This document shows positions 17,630 through 26,074 of a stretch of DNA of 51,589 nt, one piece after another. Below the pieces are notes generated by a model. That model had not been told where the DNA came from and made no database searches. It saw only the letters and a program-made list of their open reading frames with translations. Position 1 is the stretch's first letter. Each line of letters opens with the position of its first letter. The position numbers were made by a program, and so were the translations under genes. The DNA is from Ktedonobacterales bacterium (GTDB lineage Bacteria > Chloroflexota > Ktedonobacteria > Ktedonobacterales > JADMIN01). The stretch spans positions 1 to 51,589 of the forward strand of contig DASQSS010000229.1 in assembly GCA_035642255.1 (NCBI GenBank), read 5' to 3'.

Positions 17630-20431
17630 TTACCGTTCGCGCGCGCGGCGCTGTAGCTCGTACAGTCGGCTGATCGCTTCGAGTGGCGTGAGCTCGTCGA
17701 TGGGTATGGCTTTCAGGTCTTCGATGAGTGGGTCTGGCTCGGCAGAGAAGAGGGTCAACTGGACAGCCTGTGGCGGCGCGATCTCGCGCATGCGCTGACG
17801 ACGGCGCGGCGCATCGCCAACGCGCTCCAGCTCCTCTAACGCTTCCTCGGCGCGGCGCACCACCTGGCGCGGGATGCCCGCTAGCTGCGCGACGTGGATG
17901 CCGTAGCTCTTGTCGGCTCCGCCCGGTATGATCTTGCGGAGGAAGACGATGTGGCCCTCCTCCTCCGTCACCGCGACATTGTAGGCGCGCACGCGTGGCA
18001 GCGCCCGCGCCAGCTCCACCAGCTCATGATAGTGTGTGGCGAAGAGCGTCCGCGCGCCACAACGCTTGTTATTGTGCAGGTACTCCACGATCGCGCGGGC
18101 GATGGCCAGCCCATCATAGGTGCTGGTGCCGCGCCCGATCTCATCGAGGATGATCAGACTTCGTGGTGTCGCGTGGCGCAGAATGCTCGCCGTCTCGACC
18201 ATCTCGACCATGAAGGTGCTCTGGCCGGTCGCGAGGTCATCCTGAGCGCCGATGCGGGTGAAGATGCGGTCCACCAGGCCGATGCGCGCCGACTCCGCGG
18301 GAACGAATGAGCCGATCTGCGCCATCAGCGTGATCAACGCGACCTGGCGCAGATAGGTGGACTTGCCCGCCATGTTCGGTCCCGTCAGCAGCAGAATCTG
18401 CGCCTCGCTGGTCGCCATCTCGGCGTCGTTCGGCACGAACTCGACCGTGCGCTGCGTCGCTTCGACGACAGGATGCCGTCCGGCGACGATGTGGATGGTG
18501 TCGCTCTCGTCGAGCGTGGGGCGGCAGTAGTTGCGCCGCGACGCCACCTCGCCCAGCGCCAGCAGCGTATCCAGCTCAGCGAGCGCGCGGGCCGTGCGGA
18601 GCGTCGCCTCGCCCCATTGCGCCGCCACCTCGGCGCGCAGCGCGGAGAACAGCTCCTGCTCCAGCTTGACGCTCTTCTCATGCGCGTTGAGGATCAGCGC
18701 CTCATACTCTTTGAGGTCAGGCGTGATGAAGCGCTCGCTTGTGCTGAGTGTCTGCTTGCGGATGTAGTCCTCCGGCACCCGGCTGAGCTGCGAGTTGGTG
18801 ACTTCGAGGTAGTAGCCAAAGACCTTGTTGTAGCCGACGCGCAGATTGCTGATGCCGCTGCGCTCGCGCTCTTTCGTCTCCAGATCAGCGACCCACTGCC
18901 GCCCATTGCGCGCGGCGTCCGTGAGCGTGTCAAGCTCAGCGTGATAGCCGGGGCGCATGTAGCCGCCATCGGCGAGGGTCAGCGGGGGATCATCCACCAG
19001 CGCGGCGGCGATCAGCGCCTGTAGCTCTGGCAGCGGGCGCACGTTGGCGCAGACCCGCGCCAACCCCTCCGGCGCGCTATGCATGGCGACGGAGACCTCC
19101 TCGACCGCCCGCAGCCCTGCCGCCAGCGCCACCAGGTCGCGTGGGGTAGCGATGCGCTGAAGCGCGCGATTGATTAGCCGCTCGATATCGCCCGCGCGGC
19201 TGAGCGGCGGCGCGAGTCGGGCGCGAAGCGCCACGTCGTCCTTCGCGGCGGCGACCGCCTCCTGGCGCTCCAGCAGGCGCGGCAGATCGAGCAGTGGCTC
19301 GCCCAGCCAGCGGCGCAGCAGTCGTCCGCCCATCGGTGTTCGTGTGAGGTCAAGCACGCTCAGCAGTGAGCCTTTTGCGCCACCACTGCGTCCGCTCTCG
19401 AATAGCTCCAGATTGCGGCGGGTGTGCGCATCGAGCGTCATGAAGCCGCTGACGCTGTAAGTCTCCAGCCCGGTGATCTGGGCGAGCGCGCCGCGCTGTG
19501 TCTCGTTCAGATAGGCGATGATCGCTCCGGCGGCGCGAATGGCGAGCGGCGCCCCCTCGCAGCCGAACGCTTCGAGCGATGCCACCTGGAAGCGCTCCAG
19601 CAGGCGCTCGCGGGCGATGTCCTCCCGGAAGTGCCGCGCGTCATAGGGCGTGATGACGACATCGAGGCGGGCGTCGAGCGCGTCGAGGCGGCTGGCGAGG
19701 TCAGATGGCTCATCGTCGTCGTCTTCGGTGGCATGGGTTGCGGCCGCGCCGTGGAAGCCGTTCGCATCGTCGAGCGCCGCCAGATCATCGGCGGCATCGC
19801 GCCAGCGCGCCCGTGGCCGTGGCAGCCGCGTCGGACGCGCCGCTTCGATCAGCGCCTCGGCGGGCTGCACGCGGGTCAGCTCCTGCGCCAGCGCGGCCTC
19901 GGGATCGGCGGCTGGAAACTGCGTACAGGCGAATTCGCCTGTGGTGATATCCACATAGGCGACACCAACGGCGTCACGGCCGAGCGCGGCGGCGGCGAGG
20001 AAGTTATTGCGCTTGGCCACCAGCATCGTGGGATCGATCACCGTCCCTGGCGTGACGACGCGAATGACTTCACGCTCGACCAGTCCCCGCGAGAGTGCCG
20101 GATCGCTGACCTGTTCGCAGACGGCGACGCGATAGCCCTTGGCGATCAGCCGCGCGATGTAGCCGTCGGCGGCGTGATGCGGCACACCTGCCATTGGTGA
20201 GCGCTGTCCGCGTCCGAAGTCGCGCTTGGTGAGGGTCAGGTCCAGCTCGCGGGCGACCAGCTCGGCGTCGTCATCAAACATCTCGTAGAAGTCGCCCATG
20301 CGAAAGAAGAGGACCGCATCGGGATATTGGCGCTTCACGCTGAGGTATTGCTGGCGCACCGGGCTTTGTTCGCGCTCGGCCTGGTGATCGTCTACATGTG
20401 CGCTGATACGTCTCGCTCCCCATTTACCCAT
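17630..20431 (-). CDS. mutS: DNA mismatch repair protein MutS
   Basis: PVRQQYLSVKRQYPDAVLFFRMGDFYEMF, Walker A LLTGPNMAGKSTYLRQ, STFMVEM, LDEIGRGTSTYDGLAIA and FATHYHEL. At 933 aa it includes an acidic insertion (ATEDDDDEPSD) after domain I. Confidence 0.95.
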   Translation of the reverse strand: MGKWGARRISAHVDDHQAEREQSPVRQQYLSVKRQYPDAVLFFRMGDFYEMFDDDAELVARELDLTLTKRDFGRGQRSPMAGVPHHAADGYIARLIAKGYRVAVCEQVSDPALSRGLVEREVIRVVTPGTVIDPTMLVAKRNNFLAAAALGRDAVGVAYVDITTGEFACTQFPAADPEAALAQELTRVQPAEALIEAARPTRLPRPRARWRDAADDLAALDDANGFHGAAATHATEDDDDEPSDLASRLDALDARLDVVITPYDARHFREDIARERLLERFQVASLEAFGCEGAPLAIRAAGAIIAYLNETQRGALAQITGLETYSVSGFMTLDAHTRRNLELFESGRSGGAKGSLLSVLDLTRTPMGGRLLRRWLGEPLLDLPRLLERQEAVAAAKDDVALRARLAPPLSRAGDIERLINRALQRIATPRDLVALAAGLRAVEEVSVAMHSAPEGLARVCANVRPLPELQALIAAALVDDPPLTLADGGYMRPGYHAELDTLTDAARNGRQWVADLETKERERSGISNLRVGYNKVFGYYLEVTNSQLSRVPEDYIRKQTLSTSERFITPDLKEYEALILNAHEKSVKLEQELFSALRAEVAAQWGEATLRTARALAELDTLLALGEVASRRNYCRPTLDESDTIHIVAGRHPVVEATQRTVEFVPNDAEMATSEAQILLLTGPNMAGKSTYLRQVALITLMAQIGSFVPAESARIGLVDRIFTRIGAQDDLATGQSTFMVEMVETASILRHATPRSLIILDEIGRGTSTYDGLAIARAIVEYLHNNKRCGARTLFATHYHELVELARALPRVRAYNVAVTEEEGHIVFLRKIIPGGADKSYGIHVAQLAGIPRQVVRRAEEALEELERVGDAPRRRQRMREIAPPQAVQLTLFSAEPDPLIEDLKAIPIDELTPLEAISRLYELQRRARER

Positions 20432-20698
20432 TTAGCAGTGGCGCGTACATTCACCGAGCGCCGCCGGCATCGCGCCTGAGCCGCGATATCCAGTCACGCG
20501 CTTCAGTATATCCGCCTGTGATGACGAGTGGGGCGCGTCCCCGGACGCAGAGTGGCCCGTTTCGGCGCGCTGGTAGGCAGCCTATCAGTAATATTGCTTA
20601 GTCACCAGCCTGCCGTTGTACGTTACACTGACATGCGCCGCAGGTTGACCGTGCGACATGCGCCGGGCTGTCACATTCACGGGAAGAGGACGGTACGT

Positions 20699-21817
20699 AT
20701 GACACCTTACGATCCAAATAATCCTCAGAATCCTCAGAATCCTCAGAACCCAGAACAGCCTGGCTACGGCCAGCCCGGCTATGGCCAACAAGGGTATGGC
20801 CAACAAGGGTATGGCCAGCCGGAATATGGCCAACCGCCGGAGTATCCGAGCCAGCAGCCGCCGATGTATCAGCCGCAGCAGCCCGACTATGGCCAGCAGG
20901 GCTATCCGCCACCGCAGCCAGGCTACGGTCAGCCGGGGTATGGGCAGCCAGGATATCCCCCACCGCAACCGGGGTACGGCCAGCCGGGTTATCCATCGCA
21001 GCAATTGCCCGGATATGGCCAACCAGGCTCTCCGTCGCAGCAAGTGCCGGGCTATCCCGGGGCGCAATACGCCGGATACCCTGGGGGGCAGCCGCCAGCG
21101 CCGCCTCGCCGCAGCCGTGGCCGGCTGATCGGGGGCATCATCGCTGGCGTTGTCGTGCTGTGCCTGATCGCCTGTGGCGGGCTGTACGTCGTCGGTCAGC
21201 GGGTGACGGGCGCGGCATCGAGCATCGTCTCAACACTAGCCCCCACCGAAACCGCGCTAGCGCAGCAGCTTACGCCGTCGCCGTCCCCGACAATTCTCTA
21301 TCAGGATTCGTTCACGGACATGCCGGATGGCTGGCTGAATGACAGCAATTGCGGCTTCAAGTCAGATGGCTATCACGTCATTGGTGGCAATGCCTGCCTC
21401 AGCCCCACGTCTGTCGCTCCCGCCAGTGCGGACGTGAGCGTGACGGTGAAGACGCTCAAAACAGGCCAGAATACTGGCTATGGCATCGTCTTGCGCCGCG
21501 TCTCATCCGGCAATTTCTACACCTTCGAAGTGACGCCCGATGGGCAGTGGGGCCTGGTCAAGTGGGCCAACGGCAAAGGCACGGTCGTCGCGGATTTCCA
21601 GTCAAGCAGCGCTATCAACACTGGTCCTGGCGCCTCAAACGATCTGCGGGCCGTCGTCGTGGGGTCGTCGTTCACGTTCTACGCGAATGGCACGCAGCTT
21701 GGCACGGCGACAGATACGACTTACTCTACCGGGCGCACGGGCGTCGTCAATGACGATACCGACGCCAAGAGCGAAGTCGTCTTCACCAACTTCGTTGTCG
21801 CGCAGCCGCAGCAGTAG
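20699..21817 (+). CDS. Membrane-anchored protein: GY/PQ-repeat N-terminus, one TM, C-terminal concanavalin/LamG-like (DUF1080-like) jelly-roll domain
   Basis: ATG at 20699 (GGAAGAGGA RBS). Repeats of the type PQNPQNPQN and ([10 protein letters not shown])n, then [29 protein letters not shown] (TM), then [30 protein letters not shown]...[11 protein letters not shown]...VVFTNFVV. Confidence 0.7.
   Translation: MTPYDPNNPQNPQNPQNPEQPGYGQPGYGQQGYGQQGYGQPEYGQPPEYPSQQPPMYQPQQPDYGQQGYPPPQPGYGQPGYGQPGYPPPQPGYGQPGYPSQQLPGYGQPGSPSQQVPGYPGAQYAGYPGGQPPAPPRRSRGRLIGGIIAGVVVLCLIACGGLYVVGQRVTGAASSIVSTLAPTETALAQQLTPSPSPTILYQDSFTDMPDGWLNDSNCGFKSDGYHVIGGNACLSPTSVAPASADVSVTVKTLKTGQNTGYGIVLRRVSSGNFYTFEVTPDGQWGLVKWANGKGTVVADFQSSSAINTGPGASNDLRAVVVGSSFTFYANGTQLGTATDTTYSTGRTGVVNDDTDAKSEVVFTNFVVAQPQQ
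20717..21110 (+). repeat. In-frame coding microsatellite-like repeats (9-bp AATCCTCAG x3; 15-bp ATGGCCAACAAGGGT x2 plus a partial copy; degenerate GGCTAYGGCCAGCCN units)
   Basis: Read directly at 20720-20746 and 20781-20817. The degenerate units encode GYGQP through about 21110. Confidence 0.85.
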
Positions 21818-21830
21818 CGCCCGCTCCGCT

Positions 21831-21863
21831 CGCCCCTCTCCTCCGTCTGCGAGAAGAGGGGCG
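21831..21863. terminator. Hairpin terminator between convergent genes (CGCCCCTCT-N15-AGAGGGGCG, then TATGCTATTGTGT)
   Basis: The perfect 9-bp GC-rich stem was read directly. A T-rich trail follows on the + strand, just after the stop at 21817. Confidence 0.6.
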
Positions 21864-21885
21864 TATGCTATTGTGTCGGCCGCGT

Positions 21886-23067
21886 CTAATGGCTCTGGGC
21901 GGCGCGCTCGATGACGCGGGTGAAGTAGCCCGCGACCTCATCCGGCGTGAAGGCTTCCGCGCCGTCGCCGATGGTTAGCTCGAACATGGCGTAGCCCGGG
22001 ACGGGCGCTGGACGCAGCCAGGTGAAGAGCGCGACACGTTGCTCGCGCGCCACCTCGGCGCTGGCCTCCAGTAACGCGTCTGGCTCACCACGCAGGTAGA
22101 CGTGCACCATGTGCGTCTGTGGCGGATTCGGCTTGAGGATGACGCCATCCACCCGTGAGAGCGCGGCCGCGATCGCTACCGATCGCTCATGGTAGCTGGC
22201 GAAACGTGGAAGTCGCGCGCGGAGACCAGCGCGGGCCGAGAGCACGTAGGGATACAGATGGATGAGGTTGCCGCCGTGGCGTCGCTGCCAGATGCGCGCC
22301 TCGGCGACGAAGTCCGCTGTGCCAGCCAGAGCCGCGCCCGCGATCGCGCCAATCCCCTTGTAGAACGAGACGTAGACGCTGTCGAAGACGCTGGCGATGT
22401 CGGCGTAGTCACGCTCGTAGAACGGCGCCGCTTCCCAGAGCCGCGCGCCATCCATATGGACCGCCGCGCCGCGTGATCGCGCCCAGGCTGTCTGCTCCTC
22501 CAGCGCCTCCCACTCCGGCAGTTGTCCGCCGATTTCACGCTGCGGTAGCTCGAGCAGCAGTGCGGCCAGAGGCTCAGGCGTCGCGCGCAGGTCGGCCATT
22601 GTGATGATCCGGTCGGCGTCACCGACGAGCGTGGCATGCAGACCGTGCAGCCGCTCATAGCCCTTACGCTCGTGCATCTCCAGGTGGCAGGTTGGGTGGA
22701 AAGCGACCGTGTGTCGGCCCGTGCGCTCGCTCCAGATGCGCAGCGCGATCTGCTGCGCCATCGTGCCACTGGGCATGAAGACAGCGGCTTCTTTGCCGAG
22801 CAGCGCCGCGATCTCGCGCTCGAAATCCTCGATCAGCGCGCCTTCGCCATAGCGGTCGGGTTGCTCCTCCGCGCCGACGCTCTCAGCCAGCGCCAGTATC
22901 TCCGCGCGCAGCGACTGCAGCGGGTGGCCGTTCAGCGTGCGCTCGCACTGCTGGAACGCCTGCCTGCGCTGCGCCGCTGTGTCCGCCGGCGTGTCAGCTA
23001 CGGGCGCGGCGCTTGCCATGACGGGTCCGGTCGCGGGTGCGCTCAGTGAGTCGGATTGACGCGACAT
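21886..23067 (-). CDS. Threonine aldolase / beta-eliminating lyase family PLP-dependent enzyme
   Basis: FMPSGTMAQQIALRIW, HPTCHLEMHE, AAVHMDGARLWEA and VYVSFYKGIGAIAGAALAG (candidate PLP-Lys region). The start is uncertain: the ATG at 23067 is preferred over 23142. Confidence 0.7.
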   Translation of the reverse strand: MSRQSDSLSAPATGPVMASAAPVADTPADTAAQRRQAFQQCERTLNGHPLQSLRAEILALAESVGAEEQPDRYGEGALIEDFEREIAALLGKEAAVFMPSGTMAQQIALRIWSERTGRHTVAFHPTCHLEMHERKGYERLHGLHATLVGDADRIITMADLRATPEPLAALLLELPQREIGGQLPEWEALEEQTAWARSRGAAVHMDGARLWEAAPFYERDYADIASVFDSVYVSFYKGIGAIAGAALAGTADFVAEARIWQRRHGGNLIHLYPYVLSARAGLRARLPRFASYHERSVAIAAALSRVDGVILKPNPPQTHMVHVYLRGEPDALLEASAEVAREQRVALFTWLRPAPVPGYAMFELTIGDGAEAFTPDEVAGYFTRVIERAAQSH

Positions 23068-23339
23068 CGAAGTGGCCTGCCTTCCATGATATTTCAAGAT
23101 AGATTCATGTTCGGTTTCGCCTGGCGCAGCGCCCGGCGCCACTGCACGCGATCGTAACCGCTACAGTATACGCGGCGCGTCGTGGCGTCGCTTAGCCTGT
23201 TCACAAACGAGCAGTGAATCGCTAGACTACGCATACGTGCAGTCGCCCGCGCATCTCCGTCCAGAGACAACTGGACCGTAGAGGCATTGCGCGGTTCAGG
23301 AAGGACGGAGGATGCCGACGTGCCCACCCTGCGGCCCGT

Positions 23340-23752
23340 GTGCAAACCGATGGCACGGAGTCAGTAACCGTTTCGCGGACCGCAGGACCAGGCGCCTATG
23401 GTTCCGGCATGGTATTCAGCATGGTGGATACCGGGAGCTTGTACCAGTTCGTCGTTGACTCGAATAGCAAGTGGGCGTTCTTCAAAGTCGTCAGTGGCGT
23501 TTCCATATGCCTGCAAGACATCATAGTCAACGTGGCGATCAATGGTGGTCTCAACACCGCGAGTACGTTCACCGTCACGATGACCGGATCGACGTCCGGC
23601 TGCTATGTCAACGACGAGAAAATGACGAGAAAATGACGACGATTCACGTCTCCGCGTTCGGCGAGGGCAAATGGGGGTTGAGCGCCAGCCCAGGCGTTAA
23701 CGTCCTCTTCACCGACTACATCGCACGTCAGTACACACATCGAACGAGATGA
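23340..23752 (+). pseudogene. Frameshifted fragment of a jelly-roll (DUF1080/LamG-like) domain, paralogous to the C-terminus of the 20699..21817 product
   Basis: ORF 23340..23636 (..GSGMVFSMVDTGSLYQFVVDSNSKWAFFKV..FTVTMTGSTSGCYVNDEKM) aligns by eye to [41 protein letters not shown]. It continues in another frame (23633..23752, MTTIHVSAFGEGKWGLSASPGVNVLFTDYIARQ, compare [26 protein letters not shown]). The frames are separated by a perfect 11-bp tandem duplication, GACGAGAAAAT x2, at 23613-23634. There is no signal/TM part, and GC is visibly lower. Confidence 0.7.
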
Positions 23753-23753
23753 A

Positions 23754-23799
23754 CATGGAGCCACAGGGACACGCGCACACGTCTCCCTGTGGCTCCATG
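23754..23799. terminator. Perfect 16-bp inverted repeat (CATGGAGCCACAGGGA-N14-TCCCTGTGGCTCCATG) between convergent genes
   Basis: Read directly. It lies between the pseudogene end (23752) and the SBP stop (23829). No clear U-tract on either strand. Confidence 0.45.
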
Positions 23800-23828
23800 C
23801 GATTCCCATGCGATTCATGGGGTCCGCG

Positions 23829-24869
23829 CTACTGCGGTAAATACGCGTTGCTGTAGCTCTGTGCGACGTCCACAGAGCCGCCGAGCTGGCCAGCTTGCTG
23901 CAGGAAGGTTGCCATGGACTGCCATGCCGCTGGATCATTGTATCCCGGCTGCTTGGCGCTTGGCTGCATCACCGGAATGGTCGCGTTCAGCACTTGCAGG
24001 GCGCTTGCCGCTGCGGTCGGGTCACTCAGTCCCGGCACATATTTGGCGCTGATGTTCACGGCCTGCTGGGGATGCGCGATGGTGTAGTCCACGCCTTTGA
24101 GCGTCGCGGCGATCAGCGCGCGGACTGCGGCCCCGTGTCCCGAGAGCATGCCCTGCTGCGCCGCCAGCCCATTCGAGATGAGCGGCTGGGCCTGCGCCAC
24201 GGCGAACGTGCGGACGGCGAACCCAGCCTTCTGAAACTGGATAGGCTCGTTGTTGACGTAGCCCATCACCGCGTCCACCTTGCCGGTGATCAGCGAGGGA
24301 ACCTGATTGTAGCCAATGCTCTGGATGTGTACGTCAGAGGTCGTCAGGCCGGCGCTCTTGAGCAGCGCGAGCAGGCCGATGTAGGTCGCGCCATATTGCC
24401 CGGGCACGCCGACGGTATGGCCGCGCAGGTCAGCGACCGATTGGATCGAGGAGCTAGCGGGCACGATCAGGGTGACGGGGTACTGCGTGAAGATGTTGGC
24501 GACGTAGACCAGCGGCAGCGCCTTGGCGCGCGCTTGCAGCACTTCGTCGCCGCCAGCGAAGATCACGTTCTCGCGTCCAGCCGCGATGGCCGCGAACTCA
24601 TCTTCGCCCGCGTTGTGATGACGCAGCGTCACGTTCAATCCCGCTGCCTTGTAATAGCCAAGCTCCTGAGCGACATAAAACGGCGCGAACTGAATGTTTG
24701 GCACATAGGTCAGGCCAACAGTCAGCGGGGTGAGCGTGGACGAGGAGCCGCCGCTAGCTCCGCCAGAGGTAGTGGGGCCGCAGGCGGCCAGCGTCGCCAG
24801 CAGCGCAGCGCACAGAGCGGCGAGGCTGAGCGCGCACGCGCCCAGCCGCCGGGGAGTGAGGAGAGACAT
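23829..24869 (-). CDS. ABC transporter substrate-binding lipoprotein, NMT1/THI5-like (NitT/TauT-family SBP)
   Basis: From the ATG at 24869: MSLLTPRRLGACALSLAALCAALLATLAACG (lipobox), Gly/Ser linker, then LTVGLTYVPNIQFAPFYVAQELGYYKAAGLNVTL..., typical of NMT1/THI5-like SBPs. Confidence 0.8.
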   Translation of the reverse strand: MSLLTPRRLGACALSLAALCAALLATLAACGPTTSGGASGGSSSTLTPLTVGLTYVPNIQFAPFYVAQELGYYKAAGLNVTLRHHNAGEDEFAAIAAGRENVIFAGGDEVLQARAKALPLVYVANIFTQYPVTLIVPASSSIQSVADLRGHTVGVPGQYGATYIGLLALLKSAGLTTSDVHIQSIGYNQVPSLITGKVDAVMGYVNNEPIQFQKAGFAVRTFAVAQAQPLISNGLAAQQGMLSGHGAAVRALIAATLKGVDYTIAHPQQAVNISAKYVPGLSDPTAAASALQVLNATIPVMQPSAKQPGYNDPAAWQSMATFLQQAGQLGGSVDVAQSYSNAYLPQ

Positions 24870-24877
24870 GGAATCTA

Positions 24878-25777
24878 TCAAGCCTCCAGGTAGACGAGGA
24901 GCCATTCAATGACACGCGCCGCGCCATACAGGATGGTGGCCATGAGGGCGAGCGCGATGAGGGTAGCGAATTCGAGCGGCATATCGAAGTTGCCGCGCGC
25001 GATGGTCAGCAAGCCGCCGAGGCCCTGATCGCTCAGCACGAACTCACCGACCACAGCGCCTGTGATCGAGAGTGTCAGGCTGGTGCGTAGGCCCGCCAGC
25101 ACGGTGGGCAGGGCCAGCGGCGCCTCGATGTGGCGCAGCAGCGACCAGCGGCCCGCGCCATCGAGCCGCGCCGCGTCGACCACCTCGTGGTCGAGCGTAC
25201 GGAAGCCCAGCGTTGTGTTGATGGCGGCGGGGAAGAAGACGATCAGCGCGCACAGCACGGCGATCGGCGCGAGGCCCGTCGGCAGCCAGAGCACGAGCAG
25301 CGGCGCCAGCGCGACCGCTGGAACAGCCTGGCTGGCGGCCATATAGGGCTCCAGTGCGGCGGCCAGGGTCCGGCTGCGCGCGATGGCGTAGCCCACAGGC
25401 AGGGCGATCACGGCGCCCAGCGCGAAGCCCGCCAGGCTCTCGATCAATGTCGTGAAGCCGTAGTGCGCGAAGAGGCCACTGCGCAGCGCGCTGACGAACG
25501 CCTGCGCGACCTGCCCGGGCGTTGGCAGCAGATAGGCCGTGACGGCGCCGCTCTGCGTGATGGTCTGCCAGATCAGCAGCGCCGCCAGCCCGACCAGGAT
25601 GGGCGCGAGCGTGGTGAGCGTTCCGCGCGTGACGCCTCTGCGGCGCCTGTTCGTCGATGACCTGTTCACGTCCGCCGCGAAGGATGCGCGTGATGCGGGT
25701 GATGCGCCGGATGCGCGAGGAGTTGATGCGCCCGGTGTATCGGGCGCGGGCGCGCTCGGCGCCTGGTAGAGTGCCAT
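24878..25777 (-). CDS. ABC transporter permease (NitT/TauT family, BPD-type)
   Basis: Permease core LAPILVGLAALLIWQ...EAARLDGAGRWSLLRHIEAPLALPTVLAGLRTSLTLSITGAVVGEF (EAA-loop-like). The ATG at 25777 (GAGGTGG RBS) is preferred. The 115-aa Arg-rich extension to 26122 in the ORF track looks non-coding. Confidence 0.8.
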   Translation of the reverse strand: MALYQAPSAPAPDTPGASTPRASGASPASRASFAADVNRSSTNRRRRGVTRGTLTTLAPILVGLAALLIWQTITQSGAVTAYLLPTPGQVAQAFVSALRSGLFAHYGFTTLIESLAGFALGAVIALPVGYAIARSRTLAAALEPYMAASQAVPAVALAPLLVLWLPTGLAPIAVLCALIVFFPAAINTTLGFRTLDHEVVDAARLDGAGRWSLLRHIEAPLALPTVLAGLRTSLTLSITGAVVGEFVLSDQGLGGLLTIARGNFDMPLEFATLIALALMATILYGAARVIEWLLVYLEA

Positions 25778-25971
25778 ACGGACCACCTCTCTCGGTGACT
25801 GCGACTGAGGGAGGGTCCGGCGAAATGACGGAGGGCCGCCCTCAATCGAGCGCCGACCTGGGGCGACACGCAGGCGAAGACGACCACGCGACGGCGCGGC
25901 GCCTGAGCCAACGTCGGTCACATGCGCCACGACCTCGCGCGGCACGCGCCACCGACGCCGACGGCTCAGAA

Positions 25972-26074
25972 CGAGCGCGCCCGCGTCTTCGACCTTCTCC
26001 CATCCGGACTGTAACCGTCGGCTCCGGCCTCGCACCGGAATCTGCGACCCGCACATGGGCCGCTCGCGGGCTCG
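25972..26074 (-). promoter_or_regulatory. Candidate cobalamin riboswitch aptamer (compact, class-II-like) in the leader of the ABC permease/SBP pair
   Basis: The minus-strand RNA reads ..CGAGCCCGCGAGCGGCCCAUGUGCGGGUCGCAGAUUCCGGUGCGAGGCCGGAGCCGACGGUUACAGUCCGGAUGGGAGAAGGUCGAAGACGCGGGCGCGCUCG.. The hairpin CCGG-UGCGAGG-CCGG followed by AGC-GAC, then GGUUAC, GGAUGGGAGAAGG and a CGAAGAC B12-box-like element follow the order I remember from the E. coli btuB leader (AUCCAGUGCGAAUCUGGAGCUGACG...GGUGGGAAGUC...CCCGAAGACCUGCC). The ends CGAGC.../...GCUCG can close a P1 helix. No covariance-model search was done. Confidence 0.5.

Noticed and set aside
17630-20431. MutS acidic insertion (..ATHATEDDDDEPSDLASRLD..) as something functional
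   Set aside because: It is a low-complexity linker expansion between domains I and II, consistent with the general tendency of this genome to carry disordered insertions. I noted it in the feature but did not raise it as a finding.
23068-23339. Glycine riboswitch upstream of the threonine-aldolase-like gene
   Set aside because: There is only a weak CTCTGGACGGAGA resemblance. The ACCGAAGGGGCAA-type core is missing.
20699-23752. Diversity-generating retroelement (template/variable repeat) linking the two jelly-roll domains
   Set aside because: There is no reverse transcriptase gene. The two domains are similar only at the protein-motif level, not near-identical at the DNA level with A-specific mismatches.
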